Of a stretch of DNA of 64,000 bases, positions 1-10,932 are shown piece after piece. Position 1 is the stretch's first letter. The number at the start of each line of letters is the position of its first letter. Source of the stretch: Candidatus Fervidifonticultor secundus (GTDB lineage Bacteria > Sysuimicrobiota > Sysuimicrobiia > Sysuimicrobiales > Humicultoraceae); contig JAVKIP010000002.1 in assembly GCA_031459385.1 (NCBI GenBank), positions 32,355-96,354 on the forward strand, in the 5' to 3' direction. The notes under the pieces are model-generated. The model saw nothing but the letters and a program-made list of their open reading frames with translations, was not told where the DNA came from and ran no database searches. The translations under genes were made by a program, and so were the position numbers.

Positions 1-1
1 C

Positions 2-163
2 CCCCGGCTTGAGGCCCTCGCCGCACGGGTGCGCGCGCTGCACTCCTACCAGGTGCCCGAGGTGGTGGCGGTCCCGATCACCGGCGGGTGGCCGCCCTAC
101 CTGGCCTGGCTGGTGGAGGAGGTGGCGACGCCCGCGGCACCTGAGGGCGGCGCGGCGCCGTGA
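2..163 (+). CDS. cutA: Divalent-cation tolerance protein CutA, 3' part (5' end outside window)
   Basis: Hand translation of frame 2 gives ..VRALHSYQVPEVVAVPITGGWPPYLAWL.., the CutA C-terminal HxYxVPE...YLxW signature. The stop overlaps the surE start (GTGA). Confidence 0.85.
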   Translation, partial: PRLEALAARVRALHSYQVPEVVAVPITGGWPPYLAWLVEEVATPAAPEGGAAP

Positions 164-927
164 AGATCCTCCTGACCAACGACGACGGCATTCACTCCCC
201 TGGGCTCCAGGCCCTGGCCGCCGTTCTGGTCGCGCGCCACGAGATCGTCGTGGTGGCCCCCGAACACGAGCGCAGCGCCACCGGGCATGCTATCACGCTC
301 CACAAGCCGTTGCGGGCCACGCCCACCGCGATGCCGATCGCCGGCCGTGTGCGGGCCTGGGCGACGAACGGCACACCGGCCGACTGCGTCGTGCTGGGCG
401 TCGTCGAGCTGGTAGGTGACCGCCCGGACCTCGTTGTCTCGGGAATCAACGTCGGGGCCAACCTGGGCCTGGACCTCACGTACTCGGGGACCGTCTCCGG
501 CGCCATGGAGGGCGCCATCCTCGGGATTCCCAGCATCGCGGTCTCGGTCGCCTCGTTCGTGGACGTGCGGTTCGACGTGGCTGCCGGGTTCGTCGAGCAA
601 CTCGCCCGGCACGTGGCGGCCCACCGGCTGCCCGCCGACGCCCTCATCAACGTCAACGTCCCCAACCTGCCACGGGAGCAGATCCGCGGCGTGGCCCTGA
701 CGCGGCAGAGCATGCGGCGCTACCTGTCCAGGCTGGAGCGGCGCACCGACCCGCGCGGCCGGTACTACTACTGGCTCACCGGCGAGCGCGAGCCGGCGGA
801 CGACCAGGAGGGGACCGACGGGTGGGCGGTCGCCCGCGGCTACATCTCGGTGACGCCCATCCACCTCAACATGACCGACGAGCGGCTCGTGGAGGAACTG
901 GCGGCCTGGGGGCTCGTGCCCCCGTAG
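160..927 (+). CDS. surE: 5'/3'-nucleotidase SurE
   Basis: ILLTNDDG, GTPADCV, SGINxGxN, YSGTV and SVTPIH motifs. Confidence 0.97.
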   Translation: MKILLTNDDGIHSPGLQALAAVLVARHEIVVVAPEHERSATGHAITLHKPLRATPTAMPIAGRVRAWATNGTPADCVVLGVVELVGDRPDLVVSGINVGANLGLDLTYSGTVSGAMEGAILGIPSIAVSVASFVDVRFDVAAGFVEQLARHVAAHRLPADALINVNVPNLPREQIRGVALTRQSMRRYLSRLERRTDPRGRYYYWLTGEREPADDQEGTDGWAVARGYISVTPIHLNMTDERLVEELAAWGLVPP

Positions 928-1053
928 CGGCACCCGCGGCCCGCGGGGCCCACGCCGCGGAGCCGGCGGCAGGAAAAGGCTGGGGCACGGAGAAGTTGAC
1001 GCCGACGCCGCGACGTCGGCGTGTCATCGTCGCACGTTTTCGTCGGAGCGGGC

Positions 1054-1740
1054 ATGGTCCACTTTCACGGCGTCGTCAAGCGCTACCCTACCGGTGTTGT
1101 CGCCCTCCAGGACGTCACGGTCGCCATCGAGCCCGGGGAGTTCGTCTTCCTGGTGGGCCCCACCGGCAGCGGCAAGTCCACGTTTCTCAAGCTCATCCAG
1201 CGCGTCGAACACCCCACCACGGGGCGCATCGTCGTGGACGGAGTGGAGCTGGGCGCTCTGACCGCCGCGGACGTGCCGTACTTCCGGCGCCGGCTGGGCG
1301 TGGTCTTCCAGGAGTTCAAGTTGCTGCCCCACCGCACGGTGGCCGACAACGTGGCCTTCGCGCTCCAGGTCACCGGGACCGACCCCGTGGAGATCACGCC
1401 GCGGGTGCGCTGGGCGCTGGAGGTCGTCGGGCTCGCCGACCGGGCCCACGCGCTGCCCGGGCGTCTCTCGGGCGGCGAGCAGCAGCGCGCGGGCATCGCC
1501 CGCGCCATCGTCAACCGGCCGCGCCTAGTCCTGGCCGATGAGCCCACCGGCAATCTGGATCCCGGGGCGGCCTGGGAGATCATGCACCTGCTCAGCGAGA
1601 TCAACCGGCGGGGAACCACCGTGATCGTCACGACGCATAACCCGACGCTGGTGGACGTCCTCCGGCGGCGCGTCGTGGAGCTGCAGGCCGGGCGCGTGGT
1701 GCGGGATGAGCATCGGGGCCTCTACCTCCCCGCGCACTGA
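1054..1740 (+). CDS. ftsE: Cell division ATP-binding protein FtsE
   Basis: Walker A GPTGSGKST, LSGGEQQR, LADEPTGNLD. Precedes ftsX. ATG 1054 follows GGAG. Confidence 0.93.
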   Translation: MVHFHGVVKRYPTGVVALQDVTVAIEPGEFVFLVGPTGSGKSTFLKLIQRVEHPTTGRIVVDGVELGALTAADVPYFRRRLGVVFQEFKLLPHRTVADNVAFALQVTGTDPVEITPRVRWALEVVGLADRAHALPGRLSGGEQQRAGIARAIVNRPRLVLADEPTGNLDPGAAWEIMHLLSEINRRGTTVIVTTHNPTLVDVLRRRVVELQAGRVVRDEHRGLYLPAH

Positions 1741-2695
1741 GTCGGGCGCGCGCTCGCGCGCCCGCCCGCGGCGCACCGCGGGGGGAGCGCCCTGGTCCGG
1801 CCCGGCCCCGTCCGGCCGGCGGCAGCGCCTGGCGGCCGTCCTGGCGGCGGTGGCGGAACTGCGCCGGCACACGCTGATGACCGTGGCCGCCACCACCACG
1901 ATCCTCGTGGCGCTTACCGTCGCCGGCGGCGGCGCGCTGCTGTCGGCGAACCTGGTGCACCTGGCCGTGCTCCTGGAGGGCCAGGTGGAGGTGGTGGCGC
2001 TCCTGCGTGACGGGCTCACGCCGGCCCAGCAGCAGCGCGTGCTGGCGGCCGTCTCCGACCTCCCGGCCGTGGAGCGCGCCGTGCTGGTCGGCCGGGACGA
2101 CGCGCTGCGGCGGCTGCAGGCGACGTACGGGATGCCGCCCTCCCTGGGCCAGTCGTTGCCGTCCAACCCGCTTCCCGACTCCATCGAGGTGCGGGTGCGC
2201 GACGCGGCGCGTATCCGCGAGGTCGCCGAGGCCGCGCGCCGGCTCTCCGGCGTCGACGAGGTGGTCTTTGGCGCCCCGGTGGTGGACCGCCTGGTGGCCG
2301 TCACGCGGGCCGTACGGCTCGCCGGCGCCCTCCTCGCGGGCGTGCTGGCAGCCGCGGCCCTGCTGATCATCACCAACACGATCCGCCTCACGGTGTCGGC
2401 GCGCCGCCAGGAGATCGAGATCATGACCCTCGTCGGCGCCACCCCCGGGTTCATTCGCGGGCCGTTCCTCTGGGAGGGCGCCCTGCAGGGCGCCCTGGCC
2501 GCGACGGGCACGAGCCTGCTGCTGGGCGCGGGGTACGCCTGGCTGGCCGCGCGGGTCGAGGCATCGCTGCCCTTCCTGCCGGTGCTGCCGCCGCTCGCCG
2601 TGCTGCCGGGCGTGCTGGCCCTGGTCTGGGGGCTGGGGGTCGCGGTAGGGGTGGGCGGCAGCGCCCTGGGCGTGCGCCGCTACCTGGTGCCGTGA
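1706..2695 (+). CDS. ftsX: Cell division permease FtsX
   Basis: NPLPDS and NTIRLTVSARRQEIEIMTLVGATPGFIRGPF..EG signatures. Start uncertain. Confidence 0.92.
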   Translation: MSIGASTSPRTESGARSRARPRRTAGGAPWSGPAPSGRRQRLAAVLAAVAELRRHTLMTVAATTTILVALTVAGGGALLSANLVHLAVLLEGQVEVVALLRDGLTPAQQQRVLAAVSDLPAVERAVLVGRDDALRRLQATYGMPPSLGQSLPSNPLPDSIEVRVRDAARIREVAEAARRLSGVDEVVFGAPVVDRLVAVTRAVRLAGALLAGVLAAAALLIITNTIRLTVSARRQEIEIMTLVGATPGFIRGPFLWEGALQGALAATGTSLLLGAGYAWLAARVEASLPFLPVLPPLAVLPGVLALVWGLGVAVGVGGSALGVRRYLVP

Positions 2696-3822
2696 GGGGG
2701 CTGGCCGCGCGCGAGCTGGCCGCCGCCAGCGCCATCGCCCTGCTGCTCGGGGTGAGCGATTCGGGCGCAGGCGGCCCCGCGCCGCTGGGCGACCGGCAGC
2801 AGGAACTTCGGCGCGTGCAGCAGCAGCTTCAGGTCGAGCGGCACCGGCTCCAGGTGGCGCGCAGGCGCGAGCGCCGGCTCGCCGACGAGGTGCAGCACCT
2901 GGACCGGGCGCGGGAGGCCACCGAGGCGCGGCTCGACCGGCTGGAAGCCGAGCGCCGGCGCGCGGAGGTGCGTGCCGCGGCAGCGGCCGCCGCGGTGGCG
3001 CGGGCGGAGATGGGACTGGCCCGGCGGCGCGCCTTGCTGGGCAGCCGGCTGCGCGACCTCCACCGGTACGGCCGGGCAGGCTACCTGGACGTGGTGCTCG
3101 GGGCCGCGACATTCTCGGAGTTCGTGACCCGGGCCCGCGTCGTCGGCGCGGTCGTCCGCACCGACGCCCGGTTCATCGCCGGCTACCAGCACGACCGCGA
3201 CCGCGCCGAGGCCCTGCGCGCGCAGCTGGAAGCCGAGCAGGCCCGCCTGGCGGCGCTTATGGAGGAGACCCGGCAGCGCCGCCGTCTGCTGACCGAGCAG
3301 ATCGAGGCCAAGCGGCGGGTGCTGGAGAGCGTGGCGCAGGAGCGCGCGGCCGTCGAGCGTGTCGTCGAGGACCTGCGCCGCGAGTCTGCGGAACTGGAGG
3401 CGCTCATCCGGCGCCTGCAGGCCGGCGGCCCGTCGCGGATGGCGGTCGGTGCGTTCATCTGGCCCCTGCGCGGCGCGATCACGTCGCGGTTTGGCTTCCG
3501 ACGCCACCCCATCTTCCGGGCGCGTCTCTTCCACCAGGGCGTGGACATCGCGGCCCCGTACGGGGCGCCCGTGCGCGCCGCCGGCGACGGCACCGTGCTG
3601 TTCGCCGGCTGGTACGGCGGGTACGGCAAGCTGGTGGTCCTGGACCACGGCGATGGGCTCAGCACGCTCTATGGTCACCTGTCCGCGATCCTGGTGGCGC
3701 CGGGTGCGCCGGTGACCCGCGGCCAGATCCTCGGGCGCGTCGGCAGCACCGGCTACAGCACCGGGCCCCACCTGCACTTCGAGTTCCGGCGCAACGGGCG
3801 ACCGGTTGATCCCGGACGCTGA
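2692..3822 (+). CDS. EnvC-like murein hydrolase activator / M23 peptidase with coiled coil
   Basis: Signal-like N-terminus, long coiled coil and C-terminal M23 domain (HQGVD, YGHL, STGPHLHFE). Confidence 0.9.
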   Translation: MRGLAARELAAASAIALLLGVSDSGAGGPAPLGDRQQELRRVQQQLQVERHRLQVARRRERRLADEVQHLDRAREATEARLDRLEAERRRAEVRAAAAAAAVARAEMGLARRRALLGSRLRDLHRYGRAGYLDVVLGAATFSEFVTRARVVGAVVRTDARFIAGYQHDRDRAEALRAQLEAEQARLAALMEETRQRRRLLTEQIEAKRRVLESVAQERAAVERVVEDLRRESAELEALIRRLQAGGPSRMAVGAFIWPLRGAITSRFGFRRHPIFRARLFHQGVDIAAPYGAPVRAAGDGTVLFAGWYGGYGKLVVLDHGDGLSTLYGHLSAILVAPGAPVTRGQILGRVGSTGYSTGPHLHFEFRRNGRPVDPGR

Positions 3823-3905
3823 CCACGCGTCGCTGGGTCCGCGCACCTCCTCCCGGCGCGGCGCGATGCCCGCCTGCCCGATGGCTGCTGCATCCGCCGG
3901 TGCGC

Positions 3906-3934
3906 TTGTTCACCGTCCCTGCCCACGATAATCT
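3906..3934 (+). promoter_or_regulatory. Possible sigma70 promoter for ctpA
   Basis: TTGTTC-N17-TAATCT about 40 nt upstream of the start. Confidence 0.4.
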
Positions 3935-3976
3935 ACAACAGGCGGCCGGTGGACCGGCCGCCGGGAGGCGAGAGGT

Positions 3977-5194
3977 GTGTTGACCGGCACCCGACAGCGA
4001 CCGACGTGGCCGGCCGTAGCCGCCCTGACCCTTGTGGTCTTCCTCGCTGGCTATGGGGCCGGGCAGGCGTCCGTGGCGCGCGGCGCCGACGACCAGGGAT
4101 TCGCGCTGCTGCGGCAGTTGTTGACCCACATCCGGCAGGACTACCTGTTGCCCGCGCCCGACGCGAGCGTGCTGTTCGACGGCGCGGCGCGCGGCATCCT
4201 CGAGGCGCTGGGCGACCCGTACACGCGGTACATGGACGCGAAGGCGTTCAGGGAGTTCGCGCAGGACGCCCAGGGGTTCTTCTTCGGGATCGGCATCTTC
4301 ATCGACATCCGCGACGGCCACCTGATCGTCGTCCAGCCCATCGAGGGCACGCCGGCCCATCGCGCGGGCCTGCGCCCCGGCGACCGCATCCGGGCCATCA
4401 ACAACGTCCCGACCGATGGGATGGCCCTGCAAGAAGCCGTGAGCCGGATCCGGGGCCCGGCCGGGACCCGGGTCGTGCTGCGCGTCGTGCGGGCCGACCG
4501 GACGTTCGACGTGGAGATCACCCGCGCGCGCATCCAAATCGTCTCCGTCCAGGGCGCCGCCACCCTGGACGCCGATGTGCAGAAGCGGCTGCAGGCCGAG
4601 CGGCTCGGGTACGTGCGGCTGTTGACCTTCAACGACCGCACCGCCGAGGAGGTGGCGACGGAGATCGCCCGACTCCAGCAGGCCGGTGTTCGGGGGCTCC
4701 TCATCGACCTGCGCAGTAACGGGGGAGGGCTGCTGGACGCATCCCTGCGGGTGGCGGAGCGCTTCGTGCCAGAGGGCCGGCCGCTGGTGCACATCGTGGA
4801 CCGCGCGGGCCGCCGGACGACGGAGCGCGCTGGACGCGGGCCCAGGGTCGTGCTGCCGGTGGTCGTGCTCGTGAACGAGTTCAGCGCCAGCGCGTCCGAG
4901 ATCCTGGCCGGCGCCCTGCGGGACTCCGCGGGCGCCACGCTGGTGGGGATCAGGACGTTCGGCAAGGGCGTCATCCAGTCGGTCTACGCGCTGCCGGGCG
5001 GCGGCGGCGCAGCCATCACGACGTCGAAGTACCTGACGCCGGCGGATCACGATATCCACGGCAAGGGCGTGCCGCCCGACGTCGTCGCCGGCGACCGGCT
5101 GGAGGGCAAGAGCGACGCCGAGGTGACGCGCATCCAGAGTGAGCAACTGCGCCGGGCCATCGACGTCCTCAGGCAGCGCGTCGGCGGCCGGTAG
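3977..5194 (+). CDS. ctpA: Carboxyl-terminal processing protease (S41) with PDZ domain
   Basis: GDPYT, GIGI PDZ, DLRSNGGG, SASASEI and TFGKG motifs. Confidence 0.93.
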   Translation: MLTGTRQRPTWPAVAALTLVVFLAGYGAGQASVARGADDQGFALLRQLLTHIRQDYLLPAPDASVLFDGAARGILEALGDPYTRYMDAKAFREFAQDAQGFFFGIGIFIDIRDGHLIVVQPIEGTPAHRAGLRPGDRIRAINNVPTDGMALQEAVSRIRGPAGTRVVLRVVRADRTFDVEITRARIQIVSVQGAATLDADVQKRLQAERLGYVRLLTFNDRTAEEVATEIARLQQAGVRGLLIDLRSNGGGLLDASLRVAERFVPEGRPLVHIVDRAGRRTTERAGRGPRVVLPVVVLVNEFSASASEILAGALRDSAGATLVGIRTFGKGVIQSVYALPGGGGAAITTSKYLTPADHDIHGKGVPPDVVAGDRLEGKSDAEVTRIQSEQLRRAIDVLRQRVGGR

Positions 5195-5210
5195 CGCCGG
5201 AGCGGAGGGA

Positions 5211-6134
5211 ATGCCCGGCCCTCGTCGCGTAGGCGCCCGGTGGCGACCGCTGGGGGTTGCGGGGCTGGTCGTCGTGGCCCTGGGGGCCGGCGTGGCGCTG
5301 GCCTGGGTCGCGCGGAGCACCCCACCGCCCGGCCGCACCACGGCCCAGCCCTCACGGGCGGTGGTGCCACGGAGCGTCCTGCCGCCTCCCGCCCGACCTG
5401 CGCCGGCACCGTCCAACCAGGCGCGGGCGGTCCCCCAGCCGCGCCCCGCCCCGGCGCCCCCAGCTCCTTCCCCGCAGGGCCGGCTGGCCATCGTCTTCGA
5501 CGACGCAGGCGGCAGCCTGGAGGGCGTGGAAGCGATCATCGCCATCGGCCGACCGGTCACGGTGGCGGTGCTGCCATATCTCGCGCACTCGACCGAGGTG
5601 GCGCGGCGGGCGCGCGCAGCCGGGCTCGACGTCCTGCTGCACCTGCCGCTGGAACCCGACGACGCGCGCAAGGACCCCGGGCCGGGCGGCATCACCGTCG
5701 AGATGAGCGATGCGGCGATCTACCGGGCGGTGCAGGCGGCGCTGGCCTCCGTGCCGGGCGCGGTGGGGATTAACAACCACATGGGGTCGCGGGCCACCAC
5801 CGACCGGCGCGTGATGCGTGCCGTGCTGCGCGCGGCGCGCGGCGCCGGGGTGTTCTTCCTCGACAGCTACACGACGTCGCAGTCGGTGGTGCGCGAGGTG
5901 GCCGCCGAGGTCGGCGTGCGCACGGCGACCCGGGCGGTCTTCCTCGACAACGAGGACGAGGCGGCCGCCATCGCGGCCCAGATCCGGCGCGCGATCGCCC
6001 GCGCCCGCCAGGAAGGCAGGGCCATTGCCATCGGCCACGTGCAGCGCCTGACGCCGACGGTGGTGACTGCCATGCTGCACGAGTTCGACGAGGCCGGGGT
6101 GGTGCTCGTGCCGGTGTCGGCGCTGGTCCGGTAG
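5211..6134 (+). CDS. Divergent polysaccharide deacetylase family protein
   Basis: AIVFDDAG, LHLPLEP, NNHMGS, FFLDS, VFLDN and AIAIGH motifs. ATG follows GGAGGG. Confidence 0.9.
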   Translation: MPGPRRVGARWRPLGVAGLVVVALGAGVALAWVARSTPPPGRTTAQPSRAVVPRSVLPPPARPAPAPSNQARAVPQPRPAPAPPAPSPQGRLAIVFDDAGGSLEGVEAIIAIGRPVTVAVLPYLAHSTEVARRARAAGLDVLLHLPLEPDDARKDPGPGGITVEMSDAAIYRAVQAALASVPGAVGINNHMGSRATTDRRVMRAVLRAARGAGVFFLDSYTTSQSVVREVAAEVGVRTATRAVFLDNEDEAAAIAAQIRRAIARARQEGRAIAIGHVQRLTPTVVTAMLHEFDEAGVVLVPVSALVR

Positions 6135-6176
6135 GCAGGCGTCGGGACGCCCCGGCGTAAAAGGGGGACGAGAGGG

Positions 6177-7448
<1,272 letters not shown>

Positions 7449-7454
7449 CGCGGC

Positions 7455-8378
7455 GTGGTCGTGCTGGACGGCGCGACGCTGCCGGCCCGCCTGCCCGTGG
7501 CCGAGGCCGTCTCCGCCTGCGCCGCGGCGCTGCGCGCCCTGGCCACCGGCGCGGTCGTCGAGGGAGCCACGACCGTCGCAGATCTCGGCCCGGGCCGCCG
7601 CGTGCTCGGGGGGACCGCGGCGTGGGAGGGCGACGTCGTCGTGTGGACCGCCCTGCGGCCGGCGGCGCGCGCGGCGGGGCGCGCGTACGATACCGCGGTG
7701 CTGATCGACGCGGCCGGCGTCGGCCGGCTGGTGCTCCACGGGTACGAGGTCGCGGTCCTGGGGGCGGCGGCCGCCGCGGGCGCGGCCGTGGACCTGCTGG
7801 CCCCGCGGGCGGCAGGGCTGGTGGCCCTGGTCGGGACCGGCGGGCTGGCGGCGGCGCTGCTGGAAGCGGTGTGTGCCGTGCGGCCCGTCACGCAGGTACG
7901 CGTCGTCGGCCGCAATGCCGGACGCGCCGCGGCGTTCGCGGCCCGGACGCGGGCGCAGGCGTGGGTCCGGGGCGCCACGGTCCTGCCCGCGCGGGATGCC
8001 GGCCTGGCGACCAGGGGCGCCGAGATCATTTTGATGGCGACCGCCTCGGAGGAACCGGTGGTGCCTGCCGAGGAGGTCGCGGCCGGCGCGTGCCTGGTGG
8101 CGGCGGGGACCGGCGGCGGCTGGGCTGCCGAGGTCCCGCCCGCGCTGGTCGAGCGCAGCGTGGTCGTGAGCGACAACGTGCACGCGGCGCGCCGGTGGAG
8201 CGACGGTCCCTCGATGCGAGGGCACGCCCGGTGGACGGGTACCTGCCTCGTGGCCCTGGCAGACGCCTCCGGCGGATGCCCCCGGCCTGCGGGTGCGGTG
8301 ACGCTGGTCGTGCTGGTGGGCGCTCCGGTGACCGCGCTGGCGCTGTGCCGGCTGGCCGCCGGCCGGATCGGTGCCTGA
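7455..8378 (+). CDS. Degenerate ornithine cyclodeaminase / mu-crystallin-like protein
   Basis: LVGTGGLA Rossmann motif, ADIIxxAT-like 'AEIILMATAS' and EVPPAL. Very Ala-rich and divergent. Confidence 0.55.
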   Translation: MVVLDGATLPARLPVAEAVSACAAALRALATGAVVEGATTVADLGPGRRVLGGTAAWEGDVVVWTALRPAARAAGRAYDTAVLIDAAGVGRLVLHGYEVAVLGAAAAAGAAVDLLAPRAAGLVALVGTGGLAAALLEAVCAVRPVTQVRVVGRNAGRAAAFAARTRAQAWVRGATVLPARDAGLATRGAEIILMATASEEPVVPAEEVAAGACLVAAGTGGGWAAEVPPALVERSVVVSDNVHAARRWSDGPSMRGHARWTGTCLVALADASGGCPRPAGAVTLVVLVGAPVTALALCRLAAGRIGA

Positions 8379-8606
8379 CCGTGGTCGGGCCCGTCCCCCG
8401 GCCGCTCACGCGCCCGGCCGGAGGACGGCAGGAAGTGTCGGGCGGTTGGACGAACCCGGTAGTGACGTGCGCGGGAACACTGGGAGCCCTGCCGCGAGCA
8501 GGCCGCGGGGGAGGTGAGGTCTCGAGCGGGCAGAGCGTGTGGCGTGTACGCGGTCGCCGGAGCACAGCCGTGCGCGTAGCCGCGCGAAATACACGATGAA
8601 GGAGAG

Positions 8607-9824
8607 ATGAGTATGACGCGATTCCGTGGAGTCCTCGTGGCGCTGGTGATCGTGGTGGTCGCCGCGCTGCTGGCACCGGCCCCGGCGCCGGTGCAGGCGC
8701 AGGCGACGAAGGGCAAGATCAAGATCGCCACGCAGAGCCCGCTCTCGGGCGGGCAGGCCGCCCTGGGTGAGGGCATCAAGAACGGCGCCCAGCTGGCCAT
8801 CGAGCAGCTCGGCGGGCCGATCAAGCGGCTGGGGTTCGACCTCGAACTGGTGCCGTTCGACGACCAGGCGAAGCCCGACGTCGGCGTGGCCAACGCCAAG
8901 AACCTGGTCACCGACCCGGACATCCTGCTGGTGATCGGGCACCTGAACTCCGGGGTCGCGATCCCCTCGTCCGAGGTCTACAAGGACAGCATGCTGGCGA
9001 TGATCTCGCCGGCGAACACCAATCCGAAGATTACCGACCGGAAGCTCAAGAACGTCTTCCGGGTGGTGGGCCGTGACGACGTCCAGGGGGTGGTGGGCGC
9101 CGAGTTCGCGGCCAAGGACATGAAGGTCAAGACCGTCTACATTATCCACGACAAGACGGCGTACGGACAGGGCGTCGCGGAGTTCTTCCGCGATCACGCG
9201 CCGAAGGTGGGGATGCGGGTCGTCGGCTTCGAGGGGACCGAGGAGCAGGCCAACTTCGATCCCATCATCACGCCGATCCTGGCCCGGCGGCCCGACCTGG
9301 TGTACTTCGGTGGCATCTACAACCAGGCCGGCGTCTTCTTCAAGCAGGCCCGCGCCAAGGGGCTGCGGGCGCGCTTCCTGGGTCCAGACGGCATGGACTC
9401 CAGCGACCTCGCCAAGATCGCCGGCCAGGCGATCGTGGGCATGCACTACACGACCGTCGCCGGGCCAGTCTCGGTGTACCCCAAGGCCGCCAAGTTCGCC
9501 CGCGACTACAAGGCCAAGTTCGGCAAGGACCCCGAGCCCTTCGCGGCCCAGGCCTACGACGCCACCGCGATCGGCCTGAAGGCCCTTGAGAACGCCATCA
9601 AGGCTGCAGGGGGCAACAAGCCGACCCGCGAGCAGGTGACCAACGAGGTGCGCAAGATCAAGGCGTTCCCGGGCCTGACCGACACGTTCACCTTCGATGC
9701 GAAGGGCGACCCGGTGCCGGCCACGTACTTCGTCATCAACATTACGAGCGGCGACCCGGCCAAGTGGGGACAGAACAAGCTGATCAAGACACTGCGGATC
9801 AACCCGCCGGGGGCCGGTATGTAG
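8607..9824 (+). CDS. livK: Branched-chain amino acid ABC transporter substrate-binding protein
   Basis: Signal peptide, PLSG, DDQAKP, IGHLNSG, DDVQG, AYGQG and AYDA. Heads a livHMGF operon. Confidence 0.92.
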   Translation: MSMTRFRGVLVALVIVVVAALLAPAPAPVQAQATKGKIKIATQSPLSGGQAALGEGIKNGAQLAIEQLGGPIKRLGFDLELVPFDDQAKPDVGVANAKNLVTDPDILLVIGHLNSGVAIPSSEVYKDSMLAMISPANTNPKITDRKLKNVFRVVGRDDVQGVVGAEFAAKDMKVKTVYIIHDKTAYGQGVAEFFRDHAPKVGMRVVGFEGTEEQANFDPIITPILARRPDLVYFGGIYNQAGVFFKQARAKGLRARFLGPDGMDSSDLAKIAGQAIVGMHYTTVAGPVSVYPKAAKFARDYKAKFGKDPEPFAAQAYDATAIGLKALENAIKAAGGNKPTREQVTNEVRKIKAFPGLTDTFTFDAKGDPVPATYFVINITSGDPAKWGQNKLIKTLRINPPGAGM

Positions 9825-9851
9825 TGCAGGCTGGTCGCCGCGGCGTTGCGG

Positions 9852-9885
9852 AGGAGGGGCCCGCCTACCTGGCGCGGCCCCTCCT
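9852..9885 (+). terminator. GC-rich stem-loop after livK (no U tract; likely mRNA-stabilising or partial terminator)
   Basis: AGGAGGGGCC(9852-61) pairs with GGCCCCTCCT(9876-85), with an inner CGCC/GGCG stem. Confidence 0.55.
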
Positions 9886-9960
9886 GCTGTGCGCAGGCAG
9901 CGTCGGAGGGCTTCCTTTGCCAGGCGGTGAATAGTCGCCGCCGGTAGGGGGTGGGATCGG

Positions 9961-10932
9961 GTGGAGTGGGAGATCCTCGTGCGGATCCTGCCGACCGTCG
10001 TCGTCGACGGGTTCGTGCTGGGGTTCGTCTACGCCATGATCGCCCTGGGCTACACCATGGTCTACGGCGTCTTGCAGATGATCAACTTCGCGCACAGCGA
10101 GATCTTCGTCATGGGGGCGTTCGTGGGCGCGGAGACCCTGCTGATCTTGCAGGCCGGTGGCGCGCTGCACGCCCTGCACCCCCTGCTCCTGCTGGCGCTG
10201 ATCCTCACCCTGGCCATGGCCGGCAGCGGCATGCTGGCTGTGGCCGTCGAGCGGGTGGCCTATCGCCCCCTGCGAGGCGCGCCACGCCTCATCCCGCTGA
10301 TTTCGGCGATCGGCGTTTCGTTCTTCCTGCAGGACGCCATCCGGCTGTTCGAGAGCCTGTGGCGCAACGCGTTCTACCTCACGTACCCGACCATCGACTT
10401 CTTCGACACGCGGATCCCCCTGGTCGGCGAGGTCGACATCTCGGTCAAATCCGTCCTGATCGTCGCCGCGTCGCTGCTGATGCTGGTGGGTCTCACGCTC
10501 TTCGTGAACCGAACGAAGCTCGGCATGGCGATCCGGGCCGTGGCCGAGGACCAGCCCACCGCGGGGCTCATGGGCGTCAACGTGGGGCGGATCATCTCCC
10601 TGACGTTCCTCATCGGCGGAGCGATGGGCGGCGCGGCCGGTGCGCTGTTCGGCGTCCAGTTCGGGACGATCAACCCGTACACGGGGTTCATCCCGGGCCT
10701 GAAGGCGTTCACAGCCGCCGTCCTGGGGGGCATCGGCAACGTGCCCGGCGCGATGGTCGGGGGACTGGTCCTGGGCATGCTGGAGGCGTTCGCGGCGTCG
10801 TACATGTCGCTGCTCACGGGTGGCGCGTTCGGTGCCGAGTACAAGGACATCTTCGCCTTCAGCGTGCTCATCGTCATCCTGATGTTCCGGCCCCAGGGCC
10901 TGCTGGGGGAGGTCGTCCGTGAGAAACTCTAG
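9961..10932 (+). CDS. livH: Branched-chain amino acid ABC permease LivH
   Basis: YAMIALGYTMVYG..INFAH and LKAFTAAVLGGIG. Confidence 0.94.
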   Translation: MEWEILVRILPTVVVDGFVLGFVYAMIALGYTMVYGVLQMINFAHSEIFVMGAFVGAETLLILQAGGALHALHPLLLLALILTLAMAGSGMLAVAVERVAYRPLRGAPRLIPLISAIGVSFFLQDAIRLFESLWRNAFYLTYPTIDFFDTRIPLVGEVDISVKSVLIVAASLLMLVGLTLFVNRTKLGMAIRAVAEDQPTAGLMGVNVGRIISLTFLIGGAMGGAAGALFGVQFGTINPYTGFIPGLKAFTAAVLGGIGNVPGAMVGGLVLGMLEAFAASYMSLLTGGAFGAEYKDIFAFSVLIVILMFRPQGLLGEVVREKL

